DNA of 64,000 bases, taken from positions 7,736 to 71,735 of the IMG/VR virus record IMGVR_UViG_3300045391_001472; one strand, given 5' to 3'. Origin of the DNA: a virus (taxonomy: Duplodnaviria > Caudoviricetes). This document shows, one piece after another, positions 1 to 7,897 of the stretch. Within the stretch, counting starts at the first letter, position 1. Every line of letters starts with the position of its first letter. The position numbers and the translations under genes were made by a program. The notes beneath the pieces were generated by a model. The model was not told the origin of the DNA and did no database searches. It saw only the letters and a program-made list of their open reading frames with translations.

Positions 1-20
1 TCCATTTAATAAACAATAAC

Positions 21-224
21 ATGAAACTTCCCTTACTTCTACTCATACTCCTAACTTCTTGTTCAATCCATCATTCTATTTGCAGAACCCCTTGTAAATG
101 GACATTTGAAAGAGGACAACTAAGATACATTCTAAATAAAGTTATTGTTGGTGATACATTGGTGGAGTATGTTCATGGATGCCCAAATAAAACATGGGTG
201 ATAACGGGAATAAATAAGAAATGA
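21..224 (+). CDS. small lipoprotein
   Basis: MK + hydrophobic stretch + LTSC lipobox; carries a D-T-L sequon. Confidence 0.6.
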   Translation: MKLPLLLLILLTSCSIHHSICRTPCKWTFERGQLRYILNKVIVGDTLVEYVHGCPNKTWVITGINKK

Positions 225-310
225 GAGATAAAGACTTCAAATGGTTTTTGATTATCTTCCTCTTAATGGTTTTGTTTGGGATTATTGGGGGTAGTGGATT
301 AGTGCAATAA
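221..310 (+). CDS. 29-aa single-TM peptide (below ORF-track cutoff)
   Basis: ATGA overlap with the upstream stop; MRDKDFKWFLIIFLLMVLFGIIGGSGLVQ. Confidence 0.4.
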   Translation: MRDKDFKWFLIIFLLMVLFGIIGGSGLVQ

Positions 311-484
311 GATTCTATGCCCACCAAAAAGCCCCAATAGAGATAGCAAATAAATAATAAGAATAATCAGGAAAACAGCCAGCACAATATTCTTAAACGG
401 GGGAGGAATTGGTATTAAGGTTATCAGCCAATAAACCAATCCGGCAACTAAGCAAACCACCAAAATAGTAATGAGTATATCCAT
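299..484 (-). CDS. two-TM small membrane protein (Thivi_2564-like)
   Basis: Two hydrophobic helices around IPIPPPFK, a pattern recognised from small bacterial membrane proteins. Confidence 0.6.
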   Translation of the reverse strand: MDILITILVVCLVAGLVYWLITLIPIPPPFKNIVLAVFLIILIIYLLSLLGLFGGHRILLH

Positions 485-529
485 AGTAGTTGGTTTTAAT
501 GTGGAGTAAGTTACAAAAAGTTAGCCAAT

Positions 530-560
530 AAAAAGGGGACAAGTAGATGAACAAGTCCCC
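530..560 (-). terminator. intrinsic terminator
   Basis: Minus strand GGGGAC...GTCCCC stem followed by TTTTT, downstream of the leftward operon. Confidence 0.65.
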
Positions 561-599
561 GTAATCATTAAATGATGATTCCTATGAAAAAAGCCAAGT

Positions 600-818
600 T
601 TATCCCTCTATACGAGAATTATTTCTTCTTTCCAATTCATTTGCGATTAGCTGGTAAAGTTTTACACGACTTCTTCCCGCTTGCTTTACAAAGCTCAATA
701 ATTTTTCTTTAGAAATGGATTTGAATTTTTTAATGATATAAGATACTTCCCATTTTTGTTTGGAAGCTACTAATTTCTTGTCCATTTTCCTTGACTTTGG
801 TTTACGTTTGGTTGGCAT
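600..818 (-). CDS. DUF3606-like small protein
   Basis: KWEVSYIIKKF...LLSFVKQAGRSRVKL resembles DUF3606; start placed at MPTKRK. Confidence 0.5.
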   Translation of the reverse strand: MPTKRKPKSRKMDKKLVASKQKWEVSYIIKKFKSISKEKLLSFVKQAGRSRVKLYQLIANELERRNNSRIEG

Positions 819-828
819 AAAATTGATT

Positions 829-993
829 TTATTGATTAATATTTGCCGCAACATAAGAAGTGGCTGCGGTTGTTGTTGATGGAATTATCATTCCAAAATT
901 GTTAAACAAATCATTATTACCCCATGTCCGTTGATTTAAGTGGACAGTATTACTGCTTTGGGCAGCACGGACTTTTTGACTACTGTCCAACAT
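829..993 (-). CDS. 54-aa hypothetical (below cutoff)
   Basis: TAATG coupling to the upstream gene; fills the gap; MLDSSQKVRAAQ... Confidence 0.35.
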   Translation of the reverse strand: MLDSSQKVRAAQSSNTVHLNQRTWGNNDLFNNFGMIIPSTTTAATSYVAANINQ

Positions 994-1205
994 TAGAAAG
1001 GGCGTAATAAAATTTCAATGTCTTGCAATTTGTCCTGATGGCTATCTGGAATTTTTTTAGCGATTTGAAGTAATGCTACTTTTTCGTCCGTTGCCAAACA
1101 AGTTTCGGGAGCAATTAATACAGAAGACTTAATTTCCTCTCTTTGATTTCCTTTGTCAATTTTTTCATGATAAAGAACTGCGAATTGGAAAAGTTTTTGT
1201 TGCAT
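993..1205 (-). CDS. small phage hypothetical protein
   Basis: LFQFAVLYH...LRPF pattern typical of small phage proteins; in operon. Confidence 0.6.
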   Translation of the reverse strand: MQQKLFQFAVLYHEKIDKGNQREEIKSSVLIAPETCLATDEKVALLQIAKKIPDSHQDKLQDIEILLRPF

Positions 1206-1222
1206 AAAATTGTTTTTTAAAG

Positions 1223-1498
1223 TTATTGATTTAATTCAGGATAAAGACTTTTTCTATTATCATAAATGGCTGGAAATCTTTTAATCGGTTCTTTTTGTTT
1301 ATCTGGAATAACTGGTTTGGTGATTAATTTATTTCTTATGTAGGGTGGTCTTAAATCAATTTGGTAATATCCATTGGGGTTATAAATATTCAACCATTTA
1401 GCAATTATGTTTCTTCTTTTTTCTGCGGTGTAATATTGGGCGGCTTCTATCTCCTTCCCATCCTTATTGAATAAGGTCATTCTTCCTGAATGTGGCAT
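1223..1498 (-). CDS. hypothetical protein
   Basis: ORF co-oriented in the leftward operon. Confidence 0.55.
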   Translation of the reverse strand: MPHSGRMTLFNKDGKEIEAAQYYTAEKRRNIIAKWLNIYNPNGYYQIDLRPPYIRNKLITKPVIPDKQKEPIKRFPAIYDNRKSLYPELNQ

Positions 1499-1525
1499 GG
1501 TTTGGTTTTAGGTGAATAAAATGTT

Positions 1526-1870
1526 TCACGTGCCAACTTTTTTACTTTGGTGCAATTCCATGTGATGATTTCTGCACAGCCAAACCACTTCTAATGGTTT
1601 AGAATAATCTTCATGGTGTGCTTGCGATTTTTTGTCTCCACATACAGAACATGGCATTTTAACCACAATACCCTTTTTGATATAGGCATTTAAATAAGAC
1701 CTGCAATTAGCCTTTATTCGTTGATGGTTTGGCAGTTCTGAATGTTTTGGTCTATTATCTCTCATGTACTTATTGTGGCACGACAAGCAATACGATTGTT
1801 TACCAACTCTATTTGGTTCTAATTTTACATTACACTTAACGCAAGTTGTGTTCTTTCTTAAGCTGGACAT
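1526..1870 (-). CDS. Zn-binding HNH-like protein
   Basis: CxxC pairs plus CSVCG...AHHEDYSKPLEVVWLCRNHH motif; start at MSSLRK. Confidence 0.65.
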   Translation of the reverse strand: MSSLRKNTTCVKCNVKLEPNRVGKQSYCLSCHNKYMRDNRPKHSELPNHQRIKANCRSYLNAYIKKGIVVKMPCSVCGDKKSQAHHEDYSKPLEVVWLCRNHHMELHQSKKVGT

Positions 1871-2087
1871 AAATATAGTTTTGATTAGGTAATGCCCGAA
1901 CACTAAACCCATCTCCCAAAATATCTTCAATTATATCCCTATTTCTATGCAAAAAGAATGGACTACCTCCTATTTCCAATCCATCTATATTTTCCCCTTC
2001 CCTACCTACTGTAATGTGCTTAATTGGGCGATAATTCCTAAACTTGAGTAATTCGTAGGCTTGCTGTATCGTTGAATTTTGAGGCAT
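1836..2087 (-). CDS. hypothetical protein
   Basis: ORF in operon. Confidence 0.5.
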   Translation of the reverse strand: MPQNSTIQQAYELLKFRNYRPIKHITVGREGENIDGLEIGGSPFFLHRNRDIIEDILGDGFSVRALPNQNYIYVQLKKEHNLR

Positions 2088-2097
2088 TAAATGGCTT

Positions 2098-2814
2098 CTA
2101 ATTGTTATTTTGATTTACGACAAGTTCATCATTGGCTTCATCGCCCCATGCCGTAATGACAAGATAGCCTCCTTTTACTTTACATAAAACGATTGGGTCA
2201 AGTTCAACTTTGTTTTTTGGCGGCGGCTCATAACCCTCATTTTCTATAATCCTTGCTTGAGATTCTTTAAAGGCTTCTTCAGAAAACATTTTCTTTACCG
2301 CAGCAATCTGAATTATCACTCTGTTTCTGGATGCAGATATAGCTTCAATTTTACCAACATTTGATAAGTTTATTTGAGAGCCAGCCGCCGGATTAAACGA
2401 ATTTGGGATAACATTAATTTCATAAGTATTAAGCCACGCCTCATTGGGTATTTTAATTGGCAGGTCTTGAAGGTAAACCTTAAATTTCATCATTTCTTTA
2501 ATATTCTTTTCTGGTATGTCTCCAATAAATTGATTTACTCTCCTAACATATAAATCATATTTTTCGCAAACTCTTTCTAATTGTGATTCAAAAATGAACT
2601 TATATATACCGCCGTATTTTCTTTCGTAGTTTTCTGGGTCAAATGGTCTATACGCAATATCAGAATAAAGTTTGGTGGCAATACTATTTGTAAATCCGCA
2701 TTGAGTTAGAAAGTCGGCCTTTCCTTTAAAGTCTCCAATATCATGCTTCTTTTTAATGAACGTAGATTCGGCTTCGAGTTCAGCGTGAACTTCTATAAAT
2801 GTTTTTGTTTCCAT
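2098..2814 (-). CDS. hypothetical phage protein
   Basis: 238-aa ORF ending DPIVLCKVKGGYLVITAWGDEA. Confidence 0.65.
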   Translation of the reverse strand: METKTFIEVHAELEAESTFIKKKHDIGDFKGKADFLTQCGFTNSIATKLYSDIAYRPFDPENYERKYGGIYKFIFESQLERVCEKYDLYVRRVNQFIGDIPEKNIKEMMKFKVYLQDLPIKIPNEAWLNTYEINVIPNSFNPAAGSQINLSNVGKIEAISASRNRVIIQIAAVKKMFSEEAFKESQARIIENEGYEPPPKNKVELDPIVLCKVKGGYLVITAWGDEANDELVVNQNNN

Positions 2815-3029
2815 AATTCATTTTGTTTTAAGTAATCAATATTTTTTTGTTCATTAAGAAAAGGAAATTCATGGTAGTCATCGCAATGTCCACAAAACTT
2901 TTCTTGAATATCCATAGGATGAAAACTTGTCAATCCGCAAACAAGACACTTAATTCCCTCTTGTCCGTTTTTATTTACCAATTCAAATGTTTTATCCATA
3001 GCTTGTAATATCTCTTTGTCTTGGGGCAT
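2793..3029 (-). CDS. small zinc-ribbon protein
   Basis: CLVCGLTSFHPMDIQEKFCGHC, two CxxC; TAATG coupling. Confidence 0.6.
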   Translation of the reverse strand: MPQDKEILQAMDKTFELVNKNGQEGIKCLVCGLTSFHPMDIQEKFCGHCDDYHEFPFLNEQKNIDYLKQNELWKQKHL

Positions 3030-3715
3030 TAGAATAGCTTTGGTTGGGCTTCTTGGGGAATAAAATTTAGAACGGCCTTATCGGATGGTTCAAAGTTAAA
3101 TGGTGCTTTCTGTTCGCCTTTTGGATATGACTGTTCTTGCCATAGCGGAATTAGATTTTTGTCGTAGGTAATCAAATATCTATGCTTTTGATTCTTTGGT
3201 CTCCATTCCCCGTCCAAATGTCGGCACTTACCTCTTTGAAGTTTTTTAAACGTTCCATTGAATTGCTTAACAAAGAAATCATTCTTTTGGTCAGTTAAAC
3301 CATAGTATTTAAAATTACAAGCCTGATAAATGTACCCTATATGATGACCGGTGTCAGCATAAGTTAATAGTGCCGAAACCTTAGTTTGTTTTCTGAATAT
3401 GTTAATTGAATTTGACAAAAAGAAACTTGTTATATTTTTTTCGTGGTTATGCGGATTAATACACAATCTTCCCAACTCATAAAATCCTTCTAATTTAAAC
3501 CCATCAATTCCAAAACACCCCTTTGCTATTTCTTTCGCTGATACGGTATGAAACACACAAACTCCAACCAATATTCTTTTTTCTTTATCAAACAATCCAT
3601 AGTTATATCCACTTCTATAATTTCCATCTTCATGCAAATAGTGATATTGGTCTAATAACTTTTTAGCTACATATCGGGTAATTCTTTCAATGAAATATTT
3701 TTCTTTTAATCCCAT
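3029..3715 (-). CDS. mom: Mom-like GNAT DNA-modification protein
   Basis: YHYLH, YGLF, LVGVCVF, ELGRLC, LLTYAD...HIGYIYQACNFKYYG match the Mom-family pattern. Confidence 0.7.
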   Translation of the reverse strand: MGLKEKYFIERITRYVAKKLLDQYHYLHEDGNYRSGYNYGLFDKEKRILVGVCVFHTVSAKEIAKGCFGIDGFKLEGFYELGRLCINPHNHEKNITSFFLSNSINIFRKQTKVSALLTYADTGHHIGYIYQACNFKYYGLTDQKNDFFVKQFNGTFKKLQRGKCRHLDGEWRPKNQKHRYLITYDKNLIPLWQEQSYPKGEQKAPFNFEPSDKAVLNFIPQEAQPKLF

Positions 3716-3717
3716 TT

Positions 3718-4152
3718 TTATTCATAATTAGGAAATAGAGATTGTTCTACATAATTTCTTCTATTAATATCAATAATGGGTGTATCGTGTTTGCCAGCTT
3801 GTAGGTCGTTCCAGAAATCTTGTAAATCGCTTTTTGAAATTTTAATGGTGTTAGCGATAAGTTCTGATTTGGTTGGTTGCTTTGGAATTTCAATAAACCA
3901 TTCTTTCATAATTCTTTTTCCATTGGAATCTTTTAACCATGTATCTTTTATTTCAATTCCCGATTCTTTCAAATCCATTATCCTACGAGGTAAAGACATT
4001 ATCCCCAATCCTAAAGCCTTTGGTACAGTAAGTCTTTCTCCCCGTTTCAATAATTTTAAAACATAGGTAGCTTGTTTGGAAAGACGTTCATGGTTTTCAT
4101 TTAAAAAATCTTCGCTTTCCTGATTATTTTCTCTTGCGTGTAATTCGACCAT
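3718..4152 (-). CDS. winged-HTH DNA-binding protein
   Basis: VLKLLKRGERLTVPKALGLGIMSLPRRIMDLKESGIEI resembles the HTH_39-type pattern. Confidence 0.6.
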   Translation of the reverse strand: MVELHARENNQESEDFLNENHERLSKQATYVLKLLKRGERLTVPKALGLGIMSLPRRIMDLKESGIEIKDTWLKDSNGKRIMKEWFIEIPKQPTKSELIANTIKISKSDLQDFWNDLQAGKHDTPIIDINRRNYVEQSLFPNYE

Positions 4153-4156
4153 AAAA

Positions 4157-4615
4157 CTAAATTAAAAAGTTACGTCCTTTTGGTTTTGAAGCATCATCAT
4201 TGAAGTTGTCTTTCTTCTTTGCTTGCTTTTTTGGTTTTTTATTTTTCTTATCCAATTCATCCAAATTCTTTTTAATCATTTCTATTTTTTCTTTTGGAAT
4301 AGCATCCATTTTTTCTTTCCAATAAAATTTATGAACTTCTTTTACTGCATCATCAATACTACTTCCTGAAATTTCTTCTTGTCTTTCCAAAGTAGGAGCA
4401 ATAGGTTCTTCTTTCATTAACTTTTCTAATTCTTCCCACGCTTTATCGGTTTCTTTTTTATCAACCAAAGTATAAGTTGGTTCTCGTTCTATTGTAATAC
4501 GAGGCACAATATTTTCATCGGGTACAGATTTTTCATCTTCGGTGTTAGCAAGCAACGGCTCTGGGGGTGTTGGTTTTTCTTTTGAACCAAATATTTTCTT
4601 GAATAGATTTTTCAT
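4157..4615 (-). CDS. charged low-complexity hypothetical
   Basis: E/K-rich ORF in operon. Confidence 0.5.
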   Translation of the reverse strand: MKNLFKKIFGSKEKPTPPEPLLANTEDEKSVPDENIVPRITIEREPTYTLVDKKETDKAWEELEKLMKEEPIAPTLERQEEISGSSIDDAVKEVHKFYWKEKMDAIPKEKIEMIKKNLDELDKKNKKPKKQAKKKDNFNDDASKPKGRNFLI

Positions 4616-4884
4616 AATAAATTTCCGATTGTGTAAATAATCTTAGCCGCCTCTAATTTTTCTTGAACTGTTTTATTGGGAAATAATTCGTGAACGTATT
4701 TCTTTAATTCTTTTTTCTCTCCTTCGGGCATTTTCTCTATTGGTGTTAAATCTCTATACGCTGCCATAAAAGCCATTTTAGAAACTCTGGTTGATACTAA
4801 TACTTTTAATCCATCTTCTCCATTCTTATTAAAATAAGGCAGGTAAATGTCATTAATCAGGCTATTAAACGGGAATCCTACCAT
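4612..4884 (-). CDS. hypothetical protein
   Basis: ORF with ATGA-type overlap with the next gene. Confidence 0.5.
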   Translation of the reverse strand: MVGFPFNSLINDIYLPYFNKNGEDGLKVLVSTRVSKMAFMAAYRDLTPIEKMPEGEKKELKKYVHELFPNKTVQEKLEAAKIIYTIGNLL

Positions 4885-4886
4885 AA

Positions 4887-5594
4887 CTAAAAATTGTTCT
4901 GTTGCTTGAGAATATTGTTTTCTCTTTTTAATAAAGCAACCTCATCCTTTCGTTCTTGGATTTTTTGCCTATATTTTAATGCTTCTTCTCCGAAAGGCGA
5001 AGTTCTATTATTTCTTTCAAAGGAATTATCATCCCCAAGTCTTTTAAACTCTTCATGTTTTTCCTCTTTTAATCTAACCGCTTCGCTAAACCTTTCATCC
5101 CTATATTCATTAAACCTAACCATGAATTTTACTTGGTCAATACCTTCATAAAAATCTTTGTATTCTCCCCGTGTAAGTTTCTGTAAAAACAACATCAAAT
5201 CTTCCAAAGAAATAATATCCCCGCCTGCTGCTGTATCTACTATTGTTTCAGCCAAATCTACTATTTGGGAGCTATTCATTTTTCTTGATACATTGATTGT
5301 TTCCATAGCCAATGTAAGAGCAACAGATATAATACTAATCGTGCCCCTTAAATCCATTTTTGCCATTGCTGGAATCCTTTCAGATATAGGGATATTAAAA
5401 AGAGACGGGTAATTAATAGAGCCGTTTTCATTCTTAAATTTTCTTAACTCTATATTCACACCAACTTTATCAATTTTACTTACATTGATAGTCTCATTTC
5501 CCGTTGTATCTTTCATAATTGCGACTGCCAAGTTCTTGACTAACGCCTTCTCTTGTAAACTCGTTGTTTTTTGAATTTGATTGTCCATTTCCAT
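4887..5594 (-). CDS. putative replication accessory / helicase-loader-like protein
   Basis: Follows the initiator-like gene; helical ISLEDLMLFLQKLTRGEYKDFY segment. Function inferred from position. Confidence 0.45.
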   Translation of the reverse strand: MEMDNQIQKTTSLQEKALVKNLAVAIMKDTTGNETINVSKIDKVGVNIELRKFKNENGSINYPSLFNIPISERIPAMAKMDLRGTISIISVALTLAMETINVSRKMNSSQIVDLAETIVDTAAGGDIISLEDLMLFLQKLTRGEYKDFYEGIDQVKFMVRFNEYRDERFSEAVRLKEEKHEEFKRLGDDNSFERNNRTSPFGEEALKYRQKIQERKDEVALLKRENNILKQQNNF

Positions 5595-5838
5595 TTATTT
5601 TAAGTTCAAAAAATCCTTTCCAACCATTAGCCATTGATTGTTTTATTATAGCTATGGCCTTTTCTTCATTCTTATTAGATACATCATTTAGCTGCATTAA
5701 TGCAGCTTGTTCGCTTAAAACACCCTTATACTTAAACTTATGCTCTTCCCATCTATATTGTCTCCATAAGTCCCATGTATCTAAGAAAGAATCAGAGAAG
5801 GGATTTATTATATTTTCAGGAAGAGTCTTTTTTTTCAT
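5494..5838 (-). CDS. replication-initiator C-terminal-like protein
   Basis: WDLWRQYRWE...AIIKQSMANGWKGFF motif seen in phage initiator C-termini. Confidence 0.55.
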   Translation of the reverse strand: MKKKTLPENIINPFSDSFLDTWDLWRQYRWEEHKFKYKGVLSEQAALMQLNDVSNKNEEKAIAIIKQSMANGWKGFFELKINGNGQSNSKNNEFTREGVSQELGSRNYERYNGK

Positions 5839-5884
5839 GTTTTTGTAATTTAAGTTTTAAATTCAGCTAATGGTGAAAGTTTTC

Positions 5885-6110
5885 AGAGGATAGGTCAGGA
5901 TAAGTGTTGGTGTAACCCCCAACCCCCAAAAGAGAGCTACACCAAACACCTGACCTTGATTCAGCTTAACGGAGTTAAGTATCATCGGATTTGGGCTGAA
6001 TAGGGGAAAGTGTTTCGTCCTCGCCTATCCATTTAACAGGGTTTTTACCTTTGCTTCGGTTCTGGGAGTGGTAGCTTACGGCATACTTCCATAGAGTATG
6101 CTTCTACTGA
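5885..6110. ncRNA. candidate multi-stem structured RNA or origin element
   Basis: GC-enriched intergenic region. Stems: AGGTCAGG 5892-5899/CCTGACCT 5949-5956; GTGTTGGTGTA/TACACCAAACAC; CTTAAC-GGA-GTTAAG; GCATACT/AGTATGC; GGATAGG/CCTATCC. Confidence 0.5.
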
Positions 6111-6301
6111 TTCTGTAATACATTAATCGCTTCATTCAAAAAATCACGAAGCCGGATTATTTGTTCTCCCCCCAACGTCATACAACTACTGTGAATTTCA
6201 TCCAAAACTTCTCCCATGCAAAAGGCAACTTTATTTTCTGTATTTAATTCAGATACTTCCAAATAAATATCTTCATCAATAAATTTCATATAGCAAATCA
6301 T
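6104..6301 (-). CDS. hypothetical protein
   Basis: 65-aa ORF downstream of a leader/terminator. Confidence 0.5.
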   Translation of the reverse strand: MICYMKFIDEDIYLEVSELNTENKVAFCMGEVLDEIHSSCMTLGGEQIIRLRDFLNEAINVLQNQ

Positions 6302-6321
6302 TTTGAATAAGTTTTAGGCAA

Positions 6322-6351
6322 TAAAAAAGCGTCAGGGCAAACCCCAACGCT
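6322..6351 (-). terminator. terminator/attenuator hairpin in a leader
   Basis: Minus strand AGCGTTGGGG-TTTG-CCCTGACGCT, 10-bp stem with 2 GU pairs, then a T-run. Confidence 0.65.
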
Positions 6352-6394
6352 GCTAATTGACTTATATGACGATTGACCCTTACGGTCAACAAGA

Positions 6395-6402
6395 CAAAGA
6401 TA
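6395..6402 (-). promoter_or_regulatory. Bacteroidota -7 promoter element
   Basis: TATCTTTG on minus strand matches TAnnTTTG. Confidence 0.55.
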
Positions 6403-6476
6403 GTAAAATAAATTAAAAGTCATTAATAAGTAATTAGCGATATAAAATTAGGGAATTAAATTCCACACTTCAAAAT

Positions 6477-6992
6477 CTATTTTTCCACAGGGGTTAATTT
6501 TTTAAATTCATCAAGGTACTTATGGTGTTCTTTTATTTGGTTTTCAAAGTGTTTGAATTTTCTTATTGCCACTTCAAATATTTCCATTTTTGAAAATGTA
6601 TCTAATCTATGTGTATCATTATGGCAACCGCATCCTGCACCAGCTATTACAAAATTCCATTCATTTGTTGCTACTGATGGGAAAATGTTCTTTGGGAAGA
6701 TGTGAGCAACTGCGTGTCTGAAATATTTTTCTGGGATAGGTTCACCACAATTACTGCAATAAGGAAATGGTTTTAAATGTTTCTCAATAATGTTATCATA
6801 CCACTTATCAAGTTCTGATTTTTCTCCAACCACATCATCTTTTTTTTCTTTTTTCATCTTCTCCATGTGTTTTTGTACTAATGATTTTCTTGATTCTTTA
6901 TACTTTTCATCTTGTCTTTTTCCTTGATGAAATTTACAATATCCATGACTGAAAACTGGATATATACAACCACTATGTAAACAAGCCTTCAT
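6477..6992 (-). CDS. HNH/NinG-like Zn-binding nuclease
   Basis: N-terminal C-x4-C...C-x2-H; CSNCG...AHIFPK...CGCHN; start at MKACL. Confidence 0.6.
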   Translation of the reverse strand: MKACLHSGCIYPVFSHGYCKFHQGKRQDEKYKESRKSLVQKHMEKMKKEKKDDVVGEKSELDKWYDNIIEKHLKPFPYCSNCGEPIPEKYFRHAVAHIFPKNIFPSVATNEWNFVIAGAGCGCHNDTHRLDTFSKMEIFEVAIRKFKHFENQIKEHHKYLDEFKKLTPVEK

Positions 6993-6996
6993 AAAA

Positions 6997-7004
6997 CAAA
7001 TATA
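6997..7004 (-). promoter_or_regulatory. Bacteroidota -7 promoter element (near-leaderless)
   Basis: TATATTTG ends 4 nt before the ATG at 6992. Confidence 0.5.
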
Positions 7005-7070
7005 TAGACTTGTTCGGGAATTTTCCAAACAAATATTTTGTAAAGTTAAATTACTTTGTATATTTACCGG

Positions 7071-7295
7071 ATGAAAGAAGGAAAAACACTACCAATTACT
7101 CAAACATTAACTATCTTAGAAAATAAGATTTTACAGATGATGGCAGATGATATTTCCATTGGAGAAATTGGGGAAAAATTAGAGATGAAACCAAAGACAA
7201 TTTATAATATCTTGATGGTTTTAAGAATTAAATTCAACTATAAAACCAATGAAGGAATGTTGGTAATGTTCTATAAAAATAAATTAATCAAGTGA
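7071..7295 (+). CDS. solo LuxR/GerE-type HTH regulator
   Basis: LENKILQMMADDISIGEIGEKLEMKPKTIYNILMVLRIKF; first gene of the rightward arm. Confidence 0.65.
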   Translation: MKEGKTLPITQTLTILENKILQMMADDISIGEIGEKLEMKPKTIYNILMVLRIKFNYKTNEGMLVMFYKNKLIK

Positions 7296-7513
7296 GTATT
7301 TATAACAGCATAGAAGACTTCTTACTTGCCAAAAACAAATGGGAAAGCACACCACTAAGAGCAACCAATGAAGGTCTATTTGAAATGATTGATGGTAAAT
7401 GGGAGAAGATAAATCAGTATGAAAGTAAGCCAACTTACCAACCACCACCTAAACAAAATTTAGATGGTACTCAAATTCCATTTGGAACAACACCAATAAA
7501 ACTTCAAAAATAA
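7292..7513 (+). CDS. hypothetical protein
   Basis: GTGA overlap; in operon. Confidence 0.5.
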   Translation: MSIYNSIEDFLLAKNKWESTPLRATNEGLFEMIDGKWEKINQYESKPTYQPPPKQNLDGTQIPFGTTPIKLQK

Positions 7514-7518
7514 AATTT

Positions 7519-7698
7519 ATGAAATTTATTTATAAAACAATACGAATAGAATCCAGTAAAGATTTAGACAACTTAAATAATCTTTATGACGAAGGGTGGG
7601 AGTTTGTAGATTCTGTTGCTCAAATAATATCTTCGGCTGGCGGTGGTGGTGCGGCAAGTATTGGATATATTTATTTTACTTTAAGAAAACAAAAATAA
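7519..7698 (+). CDS. DUF4177-like small protein (below cutoff)
   Basis: MKFIYKTIRI...LNNLYDEGWEFV...YFTLRKQK. Confidence 0.55.
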   Translation: MKFIYKTIRIESSKDLDNLNNLYDEGWEFVDSVAQIISSAGGGGAASIGYIYFTLRKQK

Positions 7699-7703
7699 AA
7701 AAC

Positions 7704-7883
7704 ATGGCACAAACACTATCAGAGAAACTTATTGCTGTTTTAGATAAAGGAAAATCTATTGAAGAAATGATTGAGGCTTATCATCAATTAGGTACTGCCT
7801 TGCACGAAAAAATAGAAACCCATCGAAAAGAATTAATCGAAAAAGCCAACCAACTACCTACCATTAACAAGGAGAAAACCTGA
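7704..7883 (+). CDS. small coiled-coil hypothetical
   Basis: Start at MAQTLSEK with an A-rich leader. Confidence 0.5.
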   Translation: MAQTLSEKLIAVLDKGKSIEEMIEAYHQLGTALHEKIETHRKELIEKANQLPTINKEKT

Positions 7884-7897
7884 TTTGTCTTATTTTT

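Noticed and set aside
5975-6025. Hammerhead ribozyme (minus strand GACGAAAC ... CCGATGA)
   Set aside because: The core reads CCGAUGA rather than CUGAUGA, and no stem III with an NUH site can form after GAAA.
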